Below, one piece after another: positions 14,182 through 27,146 of a stretch of DNA of 62,000 bases. The notes under the pieces are model-generated. The model ran no database searches, had not been told where the DNA came from, and saw nothing but the letters and a program-made list of their open reading frames with translations. Position 1 is the stretch's first letter. Each line of letters begins with the position of its first letter. Position numbers and translations under genes: made by a program. The stretch comes from Wallemia ichthyophaga EXF-994 (taxonomy: Eukaryota > Fungi > Basidiomycota). The stretch is taken from assembly GCF_000400465.1 (NCBI RefSeq), contig NW_008806274.1, positions 270,244-332,243 on the forward strand. The letters are read 5' to 3'.

Positions 14182-16664
14182 ATGAATGCTAAAATCGACA
14201 AATTCCTTCAGAAGCTCGGCATTGAGCGGCCTGAGGGTGAGCACGATCGTGTGACTCGCGGGGAGTCCATAGCCAGCAATGTGCGTGCTGCTGACTTTCT
14301 GTATTTCTCCAGCTCACTCCCCCTCCCAGTTCGCTGACCCCTTCGTCGAGCCCGATCCAACCGTCGGCGAGTGGTTCCAGGAAAAATTACCAAATCGCCA
14401 CGAATTCGGCCAGTACTGCTTGGATCTCCTACCTTTCCTCCGCTGGGTGCACAGATACAACCTCCAGTGGCTTATCGGCGATCTTATTGCTGGTATCACC
14501 GTCGGCGCTGTCGTCGTTCCACAGGGTATGGCCTACGCTGAACTCGCAGGCCTTGAACCCCAATTCGGTCTTTATTCGTCTTTCGTTGGTGTCATCGTCT
14601 ACTGGTTCTTTGCCACATCTAAAGATATCACTATCGGTCCAGTCGCTGTCATGTCTACCCTTGTTGGAGAGATCCTCCAAGAACTCAGCCCCAAGTTCCC
14701 TGATATTCCTGACTACAAGATCGCCGGGAGCTTAGCAGTCATCACCGGAGCTATAGTCTTTTTCATGGGTCTAATTAGAGTCGGATGGATAGTCGACTTT
14801 ATTCCCCTCCCTGCGATCGCTGCATTCATGACTGGATCGTCCATTACCATCATTGCTGGCCAGGTTCCTTCTCTGCTCGGTAACAAGGATGCAGGCTTTG
14901 ACACGAATGGGGCGACGTACATGACGATAATCAAGACACTCAAGCATCTCCCAGAAAGTAATATCAACGCTGCTATGGGTGTCACCTCACTCTTTCTCCT
15001 TTACCTTCTCAGAGAGACATGCACTTACTGCGCTAAGAGATGGCCTAACAAGAAGAAAATATGGTTTTTCGCCAACACACTGCGCACCGTCTTTGTCATC
15101 CTCCTCTACACACTCATCAGCTGGCTTGTGAACAGACACCGCCGCGGTGTCGATGGACAGTCTGAACCACTCTTCGACCTCATTGGAACCGTACCCAGGG
15201 GTTTCAAAAACATGAATGTCCCCACTATGAACGCAGATGTGATCAGGAATTATGTTGGCCACCTTCCTGGAGCTGTTATTGTCCTGCTTATCGAGCACAT
15301 TGCCATATCAAAGTCATTTGGTAGGGTTAACAACTACACCATCAACCCATCGCAAGAGCTAATTGCGATTGGTGTGACAAACTTGATCGGGCCGTTTTTT
15401 GGTGCATATCCAGCAACAGGATCCTTTTCGCGCACAGCTATCAAGTCTAAGGCGGGTGTGAGAACACCATTCGCTGGTGTCATCACTGGTGTTCTCATCC
15501 TGCTCGCAATCTACGCATTGACTGCAGTCTTCTTCTACATCAGTAAAGCGGTTTTGGCAGCGGTCATTATCCATGCCGTCGGTGATCTTATCTTGCCTAT
15601 TGGCCAGCTTTATGCTTTCTGGAAAGTGTCACCACTTGACGCACTGATCTTTGTCGGTGGTGTGATAATCATTATCTTTACATCCATCGAAATAGGTATC
15701 TAGTAGGTGCCAAATCGGTTACCTTTTCACCCCGCTAACCTCGGACAGTGTAACTGTCTGTGTGAGTGCAGCAGTGCTCCTCTTTAGGATTGCAAAAGCC
15801 CATGGAGAATTTTTGGGCCGCATCAAAGTGCAGACGATAAATGGTAAGGACCAGCGCAATATCTGGCTACCAGAAAACCATCAGGACGGGTCTAACCCGC
15901 TACTGAGCGTGCAATCACCATATCCCGGAGTATTTGTTTACCGATTTACCGAATCTTTCATTTACGCAAACGCCAATCACTACACGGATGAGGTAGTTGA
16001 CTACATCAAGCGTGCGACGCGCAAGACACATGTGGATGTATTTGCCAAAGCGGGTGACCGACCATGGAATGACCCAGGACCACGCAAGTTCAACCCTGAC
16101 ACAATTGCAGAAGATACACGACCCACGCTCAAGGCAATAATATTCGATATGTCGTCTGTGACACACGTGGATGTGACGTCGACACAGGTGCTTGTCGATG
16201 TAAAAAACCAACTAGATAGATGGGCAAGTCCTGACACCGTTCAATGGCATTTTGCAGGTATTAGAGATAGATGGATAAAGCGAGCACTCGCTGCAATCAA
16301 GATGCACGAGACGACGAGTGTAAAAGCTAAGCCTTTGTTCAGCGTTGCGGAAGTTGGACAGTTTTCGTCGGAAAATGATGCCACGGTAAATAATGAAGGT
16401 CAGGGTCCGATTCCGACTCAAAAGGAGGATATAGAGACGGGAATTAATGTGGAGAGGCAGCAGCAACAAGATGAGCAGGAACAGCAGGAGGCAGAGAACG
16501 CTGGACGGAATAGCTATAGCTATCATAGATACCTGCCCGTGTTGGGTGTCGATAGAGCTTTCCACCCAGATGTAGACTCGGCCGTGAGAGCTGTGATTGA
16601 TACGCTCGAGCAGGATCGCATCGAGCAGGAGGAACATAAGAGCAGCTCTGACTTGGCATCGTGA
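14182..16664 (+). CDS. SUL1: SulP/SLC26 sulfate permease with STAS domain
   Basis: GDLIAGITVGAVVVPQGMAYA, GLYSSFVG, SQELIAIG and ATGSFSRTAIKSKAGVRTP motifs; STAS IIFDMSSVTHVDVTS; introns at about 14236-14310 and 15697-15748. Confidence 0.95.
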
Positions 16665-17055
16665 GAGAAGAAGCATCTTGGATTATGAAGCCTTTTGCAT
16701 CTCGCAGCTGTATAATTACGTCGAATTTTTCAAGTATCATTGTTTGTATTATTATACCATATATTTGGCATTTCACATGTATAAGGGTGTATTAGGGTGT
16801 CTACCAAGTTATACGCGATCGCCTGCTTTACGAAGGGGCAAGTATGATATCATATTCCTATTCACAATACCGACGGACAAATTAAGATTAAGGTTTGGAC
16901 GTTGATGTTAGATTTAACGTTCGACGTGGTATTAGAGGTGATGAGCTATACTCGGTGATGCTGATTATGTCATTAGATCTGCATCTGGTAATGAATTACA
17001 GCGGATTTACTAGAATTGCAGCGCACAGCGGTGGCAGGTACAGGTGACACTATAG

Positions 17056-17094
17056 AGATGAGCATAGATGAGCATAGATGAGCATAGATGAGCA
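17056..17094. repeat. Tandem repeat, 10-nt unit AGATGAGCAT, about 3.9 copies
   Basis: Read directly from the sequence. Confidence 0.9.
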
Positions 17095-18211
17095 CAGTGG
17101 AGCAAAGTTGAGCAGTGTTAAGCAAGGGATGCCTTCTAAAGTCATGTCAAGTGCTGCAGTTCATGCGTGTCGACTCCATCAAATTCATACAGCGAGCACA
17201 TATTGCTTCGCATTTCTAGCGTCGCGGTTGTTATTCGGAGTAAAGACGTTTAATCTGAAAGACGGACTATGCGATCGATCGATGGGATGAACAACACATC
17301 TCATATGTGTGAGCGCGGTCTTTGCGTTGTGAGATGCATAAATGCACGTAATCAACGCAAGCCTTCCACCGAGGCGGTGAGGCTGTCCTAAGCACTTAGA
17401 CATAGAGCAGTGTCTTCATTATCGACTCGGCACTTAAATCATTATACCAACAATCTCACATGCATCGTGAGTTGGTCGTGAGTCGAGACTTGTAATGGCG
17501 GGAGTTGTGAGAGACAAGTCGTACCTTAGTCCCGGGCGTCTAAATGTTTAAACGATGAGGACTGCTCACAAGACACCACTGAAAGCTATGACCTGTGGGC
17601 TGCATAAGGAATGGATCAATACTAAGCCAAAGTACCTGTTACTCTACTCTTTTCGAATGGAGCGAATTTATTTGCTTTGAAATTTTTTTCAGGTTACCCG
17701 ATGACAGTTTCACGAGGACCGCATATTTGTGTCGCAAAAGAGGACTTCTAGGCTCGGCCGACGAGTTGTGAATCACCTCTACTTGTGCACAAACTGAATT
17801 TATCCATCAACACATTCGGCTCGTCTGATTCAAGGCTTTAGCGGTGTCTTGGGAACTGTTTTAAACGGCCACTTTAAACTATGTTTCATATACCGATGGC
17901 TACTTTAAATTCACATCACACTGTACTCACAATACGCCGCGGTCGTCCGCATCCTGGCACCAGGATTAATTATATGTGACTTAAAAAAAAGGTGACTTTT
18001 CCTGTAACTGAGCCCGAGCAGTGCATAAACATTACGTGACGGTAAATTAAGTGAGTAATTGAGTATTACATGAGTATTACGTAAGGAGTATATGGGAGAA
18101 TTTCGTTAAAACAAATGCATAAAACGAGGTTAAGACTGTCTATACTTGAATACACGAATAAGTACAAAGTTCCTTCGGCAATCTTGTTTCTAGTTTCTAG
18201 TTTCTATTGCG

Positions 18212-19228
18212 TCATAAGTCACAGAGAGCGTTGATAGATGTGCGTATGCGCTGAGGATGAGCGGGTCTAGTAGGTGCATTAGAAAGAGTACTCGATTGAG
18301 AATGAGAGCGAGACAGGTAGAGGTCAGACTGAGAAGTATTAGAAGTGGACAAGACGGAGCTTTTGCTATTGCTGATACCACTTCCACTACCAGTAATATT
18401 GCTACCACTCCCACTCCCCTCTTTCCCCATCATAGGCGGCAGTGGAGACGGCAAAGTTGGTACAGCGTTCACCTGATGAGACACATACAGCTCTGCCAAC
18501 ACACTCCTACCCTTTTCCAGCCACCTAATTGAGAGAGTACTAGCGAAATACTGGCCATGTATATCAACCACGTTGATTTTCTCCACAGGCAGCGCGTCAT
18601 CGAGTGCAAGCTTGGCCTGCAGGTTCGCCAGCCGCGGAGTGTGGAAGACGGAGGTAATGTCCTGCAAGCTGGGCAATCGTGTGGATGGGCAGGCGAAGAA
18701 AGCGTTGTAAGCGTTTTGTGTTATGTCCATTGTCGTGGAGAGGTCTGGTGTGACGACCATGCGAATGGTGTTGTGTTGGTTGTGCGGAGGCTGTACTGAT
18801 TGTACTAGAAGTGGAGACTCTGTAACGTTGTTAATATTATGCGGTGCTGCCGGTGGTCCTGGTGGTCCTGATGATGATGATGCTTTTGCTCTTGCTCTTG
18901 ATCTTGATCTTGCTTCTGCTTCTGCTTCCGCTTCGGCATTTGCTTTTGCCTCCGCACCTGCAGTTGCACCCATTTCAACACCCGCTTCCCCTTCTGGGAA
19001 TGGCCTGTGGGAGAAAAGCGGAGTGGATTGCATCTTGTCATGCTTGCCTGGCCGGCCTCTTCTTCTATGCTGTAAGGGTGTGAGATAGCTTATACTCAGA
19101 ACGCATCGACTCACTTCAACGGTTATGCAGCTCTCTTCTATATCTTTCCGGGAGCAGTTGTGGCATGGCCGGTAATTATCGCAGCTGCTGTGGGAGATCT
19201 GACAAGGTCTACAGGCGTAAATTGCCAT
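18212..19228 (-). CDS. Zn(II)2Cys6 transcription factor
   Basis: ACRPCQISHSSCDNYRPCHNCSRKDIEESC has six Cys at binuclear-cluster spacing; a 45-nt in-frame intron (GTGAGT..CAG) follows; basic RRRGRP stretch. Confidence 0.85.
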   Translation of the reverse strand: MAIYACRPCQISHSSCDNYRPCHNCSRKDIEESCITVEVSRCVLSISYLTPLQHRRRGRPGKHDKMQSTPLFSHRPFPEGEAGVEMGATAGAEAKANAEAEAEAEARSRSRARAKASSSSGPPGPPAAPHNINNVTESPLLVQSVQPPHNQHNTIRMVVTPDLSTTMDITQNAYNAFFACPSTRLPSLQDITSVFHTPRLANLQAKLALDDALPVEKINVVDIHGQYFASTLSIRWLEKGRSVLAELYVSHQVNAVPTLPSPLPPMMGKEGSGSGSNITGSGSGISNSKSSVLSTSNTSQSDLYLSRSHSQSSTLSNAPTRPAHPQRIRTSINALCDL

Positions 19229-19628
19229 TAATCGATTTTAAAATGTAGGGCGGTATTTTTGATTGTCTTGGGGAAACCCAGAAAAGTGCGATGTCAATAA
19301 CACCGTGCCGAAGAAACTAGGGCGCAGATTTCGGCAACGATTGGGGTTAGGGCAAGTAAGCGTAGGACTGCAAGTGCAGGCGGATTTATTGGGCTGTAAC
19401 TTATATTGTACTGGTTATAACACCCAATATTTCCACTTGTACCTTGTCAGCTTTGATCGCTTCGACGTGCTTACCTCAAATACCACTAGAGCTGTGAATA
19501 TGGCTGGTGGAAATAATTCCCGACATACACTCATAAAAATCCCCTCACCTACTCCTCACACCATCCAGTTTAATTAAAACGAGCCCCTCGTTTCACTCGC
19601 ATAAGTTCCACCAAAACGGCGACCAAGC

Positions 19629-20249
19629 ATGTCTTTCACCGAGAAAGTAAAGGATTTTGAGCAGTTCCATAAGAGCAAGACGGTAAGAGTGGTGCAGGGG
19701 AGTGTCGGTGGTAGGCGTGAGTATATGAGTCATGTGCGAGTCGTTTGGTGTAACTAACGGCGTTATCTGCTCATCTTCTCAGCCACAAGAATGCTTCTCG
19801 ATAAGGACTATAGCGGTGTATATATGAGCAGGGAACATGCATTGAAGCAGAGTTATATCAGCAAATCGACAAGTGGGTAATGAGTTGGGTGAATTCGTCG
19901 CTAACAAATTTTTAATAATTAGTACCCGGATCTTACGGATATCTGGGGGTGCGTATGTGTATATGTATCAGATTAGCCACTAAAACCGACTTAACAGCTC
20001 ATAAACATTGGTGAGATCACAATCGAGGTGGCTGGGAAGAAGGTGTTATTACCAGTGTTTTTAAGTGAGTTGACAAAGACGCAAGAGACATTAGATGGTA
20101 GTAAGTGGGATGTTATACTAGGCAGATCATTCTTCGAGAAGCGCAAAGCCAAGTTGGATAGCTTCGACAAGAGGATTGTTACTTTCGGAGACGACAACGA
20201 TAAAATGATTGAATGTGGATTGGTACAATTGAAAGAAAGTCCAATTTGA
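19629..20249 (+). CDS. Conserved fungal protein with a retropepsin-like (aspartic peptidase) fold, probably inactive; 3 introns
   Basis: Spliced model reads MSFTEKVKDFEQFHKSKTVRVVQGSVGGRPTRMLLDKDYSGVYMSREHA...GSYGYLGLINIG...WDVILGRSFFEKR; all three introns are canonical and keep frame. Confidence 0.7.
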
Positions 20250-20265
20250 TTCTACTCTGGCTGCT

Positions 20266-20798
20266 TTAATTACTCTGTTGCAGTTCAACCTTACCAAATC
20301 TTCTACTTGTACCGAGTGCTTCTACATCTCTTGGAAGCTGTTCAGTCTCATTTAAAACGACGCCAATCATCTTTCTAACTTTGTACTGATTACGGTGGTC
20401 AAATTGTCCATTTCCCGGTGGTGTGTGTCCGTCCAACACCTTTCGAGGCTGCTTGTAGTACCTTACCCAGCCAGGTTCAAGGGCGAAGAGTGTGTGATCG
20501 CGGCCGATGCCTACATGCTGTCCAGGATGCCAAACAGTACCTCTCTGTCTGATGAGAATGTTTCCAGGGATGACGAATTCGCCTGTGTATTGGGTAAGTG
20601 GGTGTTTAGAACGCGTTAATAGGCCGCCTTACCACCGTATTTCTTCGGGCCAAGGCGTTTACCTGCGGTCTTCTTGTTATTTTTGGAAGAACCACCACCA
20701 CGCTTTGTAGACGTTCTAATTTGAATTAAGCCTGTTATGGAGTTGAATACACTTGGTATGCTATCAGATTTAAGGGGAGATTTAAGTAAATTGAGCAT
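20266..20798 (-). CDS. MRP7: Mitochondrial ribosomal protein bL27m
   Basis: Presequence, then [11 protein letters not shown]...[10 protein letters not shown], one intron, then [39 protein letters not shown]. Confidence 0.92.
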
Positions 20799-21129
20799 GA
20801 TAGGAGGTGTGGTGGGAGAGAACTAAGAGGCTAGAGAAAGAGGCTAGAAAGGGGCTTGAAAGGGGCTTGAAAGGAGCTTGAAATGGGATCGTGATATAGC
20901 TTTGTAATACCATGTATAAATGATTTACGTATTATACTTTATATCCCAAGCTTACAAGTCGTTTATGTCAAAATGCGTATCTTTAATAGCCGTGGGAGCG
21001 TGCATATCACGCGTATAAATGTGGTGTGTATGATAACTTAATTGTAGTTGGTTAGAAGATATTTACTCAGTACTTGCATACAGTCGACTGATTGTCCCCA
21101 GCGTCTCTTGAACCAGAACTGCTAACAAC

Positions 21130-21672
21130 ATGGCACAACCACCAACGAAAGTAATTCTGCTCACTTCAGACAACGAGGAATTCCAAGTCGACAAGGACAT
21201 CGCTGAGAGGTCTGTACTGATCAAGAATATGCTTGAGGGTGAGTATCGCTTTGTTTGTGTGGATATATCATAACACTGGGTAGACATTGGTGAAAGCGAA
21301 CACCCAATCCCGCTCCCAAACGTAACCTCAAACGTCTTCAAGAAGGTCCTTGAGTACTGTGACCACCACAGAAACGATCCACTCCCTTCCACAGACGACA
21401 ACTCGGACGAACAGCGCAAACGTACAACCGATATTAACGAATGGGATCAGAAATTCATCCAGGTCGATCAGGAGATGCTCTTTGAAATCATCCTCGCTGC
21501 CAACTACTTAGACATTAAGCCATTGCTCGACGTTGGCTGCAAAACAGTCGCTAACATGATCAAGGGCAAAACCCCTGAAGAGATCCGCAAGTTATTCAAC
21601 ATACAAAATGACTTTACTCCAGAAGAAGAGGCGCAGATTCGCAAGGAAAATGAATGGGCTGAAGATCGTTGA
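21130..21672 (+). CDS. SKP1: SCF complex subunit Skp1
   Basis: [11 protein letters not shown]...[49 protein letters not shown]; one coding intron at about 21240-21285. Confidence 0.97.
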
Positions 21673-21766
21673 ACGCTATAAGTTTATTTCAAACTGCTGT
21701 ACATTTACAATTTCTTTATGTCTTGAGCGCAGTCTGTTGTGTGTTGTGTTGTGTACACGCATTATA

Positions 21767-23800
21767 ATGCTTCAACTTATGACACAATCTACACCAAAAA
21801 TTCTGTCAATTGCAGGTTCTGATAGTGGTGTGTGCGGTGTTCTAGTGGTGTCCATATTACTCACTCCCCAATCAATTTACAGGCGGTGGTGCTGGTATCC
21901 AAGTGGGTGTGATTGGCTTTACAGGCCCTTAGATCTTACAGTGCCATTCGCAGGCAGACATAAAGACATTCACTGCACTCCACTGCTATGGAATGTCAGC
22001 TCTCACCGCGCTCACGTCGCAGAACACGCTTGGTGTGCATCAAGTGCATGCCGTTCCCGTAGACTTCATAACGAGCCAGGTGGGTGATAGCGGGGATTTG
22101 TGATGAGTATTGCTCACCTCAAACTACTCAGATACGCCATGTCATCACCGACCTCGGCGTGGATGCGTTGAAAACGGGTATGTTGTACAGCAAGGAGGTG
22201 ATAGAGGGGGTAGTAGACACGCTGCAGGAGCTGAGCGTGCGTGCGCCTCTCGTCGTCGATCCAGTCATGGTCAGCACCTCAGGGCACAGGCTTCTCAATC
22301 AAGACGCGTTGACGGCACTCCAAGGCAAACTCCTTCCTAAAACCACCCTCTGCACACCCAACATACCGGAAGCTGAGCTGCTCACCGGCAGAAGCATTGC
22401 GAGTGTGCGCGATATGCTCTCCGCTGCTACTCGCCTTAACTCGGTTAACACACTCGTCAAAGGTGGCCACCTTACTTTCTCCGTGGATGAGGTGCAGAGG
22501 GCCATTGCAGAGGTCAGAAGGGGTGATTTTGGTGATGTTGGTGATGTCACTAATCCCACTAATGTCACTGTACATGGTGAGACATTTGCTGCTGCTGCGA
22601 CCAACAACGATAGTACAAATACTGCCACTGCATACGTTCTCGACACATATGCGCAGCTGCGAGGCAACCCAAGCACCCAAGGCACGCACAAGAGTGGGGA
22701 AGAGCGCCTCGTTGTCGATATACTCTACCAGCGTCCGCAGGGCCACTTGGACATATTCATCCACCCGTTCGTTTCATCTACCAGTACGCACGGCACTGGC
22801 TGCACTCTCTCTGCCGCCCTAGCTGCGTATCTCGGCGGGAGTAGGAGTGGTAGCAGCCGCGACACAAGCGCTTGCACTCGCATGACCATGGCCGAAGCAG
22901 TACAGGCCGCGCTAACATACACGCGTCTCGGCATAGAGCACAGTGAGGGGCTAGGCGCGGGGAATGGGCCGTTGAACCACATGCATTCAATGCACAGAGG
23001 TACACACATAACAACCCCACTCACACCACGCACAACGCGCCAACCAACCCCTCTCACGACGCATCTGATCACCACAGCCGGTGTGTGGTGGGACACGTAC
23101 ATAGCGCACCCTTTCGTGCACCAGCTCGCAACGGGAACGCTCCCATCGTCATCTTTCCGCCACTACATAGCCCAGGATTACATCTACCTCCTGCATTACG
23201 CCCGCATACACAGTCTGGCAGGGTACAAGAGTCGCTCGATGGGTGATCTCGAAGCGTTTGCTCGCATCACCAGCCAAATCGTACAGGAGAGCGCTATGCA
23301 TAGAGACTACTGCAGGGAGTGGGGTGTAGACGAGAAGACGCTGATGAGCACACCGGAATCGGCGCAGAATATCGCTTATACACGCTATCTAGCGGATGTC
23401 GGCCATTCAGGTTCCCTGCTTGACCTCGTCGTCGCCGTAGCTAGCTGTCTCCTCGGCTATGGCGAGATAGGCAGACGGTTGAAGACGTCAGCCAACACTG
23501 GCTGCCCTATCTCCCCTGGTGTCGTTTGCATTAAGGATAACAACCCTTATTGGAAGTGGGTGGGCTTTTTCGTTGGTTTTACTCACGTACTCACCTTTTC
23601 GCCATATCTCTCACAGATGGATCGAAGATTACGCCTCAGACGACTTCCAAGCAGCCGTCTTTGACGGAATTGATATGCTCGAGAGGATGGCAGAAGAGGA
23701 TCACCTCGGCGCGGACCATCTCGCTCACCTCTCCAATATTTTCACGACTTGTTGCAAACTCGAGTGTGGTTTCTGGGATATGGGTTTGCACAGGTTGTGA
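21767..23800 (+). CDS. THI20: HMP/HMP-P kinase fused to TenA (thiaminase II), THI20-like
   Basis: ILSIAGSDSG-GGAGIQ-ADIKT, LKTGML, THGTGCTLSAALA, GPLNH, then TenA FRHYIAQDYIYLLHYAR and ECGFWDMG; four introns. Confidence 0.93.
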
Positions 23801-24140
23801 GTATGAGTGCATGTCAAGTGAGATGGTTTGTCAAATCAGCTTTTGAATGCTTTTGGTATGATGCATTTTGTATACAAGTTTTTATCAGATTGGCCTGTGA
23901 GTTGGGAGAAATGCTTGAGTATGGTGTGTGGTTAGTGTTTGTGTGTGTGTTTTGTGTGTTGAAACAGTTGTTTAACGCTGTGTATTGTGAATAGTCAGTG
24001 TTGAAGAGTAAGAACAATGCAGATGAGTGGGGGACTGGGGTGCTAGTGAAATTGAGAGTGAAATTGAAAATTGAGGAGATTGAAATTGATGAGTTTGTGT
24101 TATGTTTTTGTGATTTCCAAGAAAAAAAAACCCCGTTTAC

Positions 24141-25372
24141 TCACTCACCCATTCCTATCACCTGCTTCTTTTCAAGTTTGGGTGTTGCCTCCAGATCGAA
24201 ATAGTCATGCTCCAGGCTATCACGATGACGATCGCTGCGATGATGCTGGGTAGATATAGCTAATTTGTTGGTGTGATGCTGGTCCCACGACCAATCAGCC
24301 CACTCCTCGCAACCCGGCCCAATAGTGTCATCGCTCTGCTCCTGTTTGAGAGGAGGAAGAGTCCTGATGCAAGACTGCGATGATCGCGATGAGTGGGAGG
24401 ATTTTGACTTTGATTTTGACTTTGACTTTGACCTCGCTGATCTGGTTGGATTGGGGCTGAGGCGAGATAATCTCCTCGAATCGCTGTGGTCATCGCGCGA
24501 GCTACTCCGTGTAGCTGATCTGCCTCGGCGATCGGTAAGATCAGTGTCCGTCGCTTGCTCACTCTGCCCATCGTCCCTATGCCATCTATTACCCCTCACA
24601 TTGCCCACACGACCACTGCTATACATAGCCTGCGAATTACCATGAGATTTGCTTCTTGTGCGATTGTGTGTTTGGTGGTTAGTGGAAGACTGCGTCGGAC
24701 TGCCATCACCGAAACAGCCATTCAAGAAGCTAGAAATGGGAGTCTGACTGGTACTCAAGCTCAAGCTCATACTCATGCTAACGGGGGAGGTGGAGGGATT
24801 GGTGTGCCTGTGGTTTTGCTTTTTGAGATTATCGATGGCGGATGAGTGAGAGTGTGGCGGGTGGATTGTGCCTGCAACGTCGCCACGTTCGGCCGGATGG
24901 TCCGTGGGTTTATAAGTGCCCGAGGAGCTGGAAACAAAGCCCCCACAACCACCACCACTAAACTGCGACTGCCTTATTACAGGATAGCTCCTTCTCCTCG
25001 ATTGGTAGGACTGGTAAGGAGTCGCAGTGGAGAAGGTGGTGGGCATCGGCGCATTTTGAACGGAAGGCTTGCGGGTGAATCTAATCTCGTCGTTTAGCGC
25101 CTTGCTGCTGCCGGTGGAGCTGGTTGGGGGGAGTGAGATTGAGGGAATCGCTGGGCTGGTGAGATTGCTGGGCAGAACGCTGGGGGAAGGGCAAAGAGAT
25201 GAGCTGGGTGAAGAAGTACCGTAGAACAGAGATGGTACAGCGCTGACTGCAGACATGGATGGACTCGGTGCTGGTGAGTAGCCAGTACCGTCGTCGACGT
25301 CGAATGCGGACTACGTGGGGTTTAGTGGGATTTAATTCTCAACGTTTACACCGCACTCACCTCATCAAACAT
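24141..25372 (-). CDS. Hypothetical Ser/Arg-rich protein
   Basis: 371-aa ORF extended in frame by an upstream exon (MFDE, then a GTGAGT..TAG intron, then SAFDVDDG); low complexity. Confidence 0.6.
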
Positions 25373-25593
25373 GACAAATACACCGCCAGATTTATTTAAT
25401 TTTTATTTCTTCGTCGTTGTGGATCAAGGATTCAGCACGCAAGGCGATCACTGAGTACCGTGGTGGTAGCCGCGCTTTTTGAGGAAATGAGGCGAAGAAA
25501 ATTAAAATCGAGCAAATCACACAAATTCTAGGCCAGTTGACATCATACATGTCCAGAACTCTTTGTTTCATCTCACCGTTACAATACTTTCAA

Positions 25594-26811
25594 TTACTCT
25601 GTACCATGTCTAATATCATAACCATATGGTTCGCTAGGCGCCCTAAACTCATTTTCATTCTTTGGCTTCCAATCCCCGTAGTCTGATGCGTGTTAGAAGT
25701 CACACGCTCGACAACTCCAACCTACGCAGTTCACTGATATCAATTGTGCCCTTGTGTGTCCATCCTGTCTCCTTGACTATGTAGAGATTGATCGTGTTGC
25801 CCGAGTATGCGTCTCTCTGAGCCTGCGTTAGTTTTAATCCTCTTGTGTTAGTCGCACACCCACGTGTCCAGCCGCGTCTGTATGCCTCAAGTCAGCCACT
25901 CCCTCCGAGCACTCCACTCCACCTACATATACTTCTCCTGCCCAGTTCCAGCGCCTCATCGTCACTTAATTCGTAGCTGTAGCCCTGGTCGAGCACACCA
26001 TACGCGAATGTCGAGCCAGAGCCGACCGAAAACACATTGCCTGAGGTCCTGCTGCCGTCGCTGTCGACGTACCAGATAGCTGGGCCACCTTTGTCCCAGC
26101 CGCAGATCATAGTGCCCTGCCGAGGGTGTTAGCGCGGGTGATATTCTCGCCTTCTCCTCACCATCGACAGTCCCTTCCCTTTATATGAGTATGTGATGTT
26201 GCTGAGATACTTGCTAGCTGCTGCAACACTGATTCTCTCCTGTAGGGATTGGTGAGGTGGTGCTCGCACTGCAGCGAATGCACCCACCCTATTACGCAGC
26301 TCGTGCAAACGACACTGGATACCGAGATACGTCTCCCAGTACTGGCAATCAGCAGCGCCACCTGCCATAGTACCCAGCAAGTATGGGTTGATTTCGATAA
26401 CTGGGTGTGGGTGAGTGTGTGCCCTATTGCACCCCTAAAAACACCGCCTGCTCACCCTTCTTGACGGTACCACTAGCCACATAGCTGCCTGCCGTCGCCC
26501 GAGAATCCACTGCAACGATAACACCGCCCTTGTACTTGAACGCGAGTGTCGTCGTCCCGTGGTTGATTTTGATGCGGCAGCTGGGGTCATTCTGTTCATC
26601 TGTGTACTCTCGCAGGAATCCAGTTGGCTGTGCGTGCTTGGTGTCAGCTGGAGTGAACGCGCAAGTGCTGCCGCTGCCAGCTAGCACCCACATCAGCCGT
26701 ATTTGGGAGTTGAAGCGTGGGCATCCCCCCGCTGCCGCCCTCAAAGTCGTCGTGGAGGGCTGCGTCAATGCCGCGCGCGCCGTTGAGCTCGTTCGCGAAT
26801 GCGTTCATCAT
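25594..26811 (-). CDS. PRE2: 20S proteasome subunit beta5
   Basis: Propeptide, then [53 protein letters not shown]; several introns; last-exon boundary approximate. Confidence 0.93.
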
Positions 26812-27146
26812 AGTGTTGGTGAGAGATGCGATGACGCGGCGGATGCGGTGAGTGGGAGACGCAACGGGAGCTGTGGCCGGCGGGCGCGCGCCTATCGAAT
26901 CTTGCAGCGCACGCCTTCACCTCTCCCGAATCCCCGTCTCCCGCTCTCGCTTCTCGCTGCAGTCACATATCTTCCACCGCGCACACAGCTCACGGAGAAA
27001 GCAAAATAGCGCTGTAAATGCGCACAGCTCACACGCAATCACCCCGTCTCCCGCCTCCAGGACACCCGCAAAAATCAAATTTTCGATTTGTGCCCGCCAG
27101 ATTTTGTTGCGATCCGCCTTCGCCTTTTCCAGGACCGTAAGGAAAG

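Noticed and set aside
17042-17056. AGGTGACACTATAGA, matching the SP6 promoter core
   Set aside because: The upstream ATTT is missing and no other vector-like sequence flanks it; treated as a chance match.
21828-21955. Possible TPP riboswitch in the THI20 introns
   Set aside because: Introns are about 50 nt and lack the conserved UGAGA and pairing elements.
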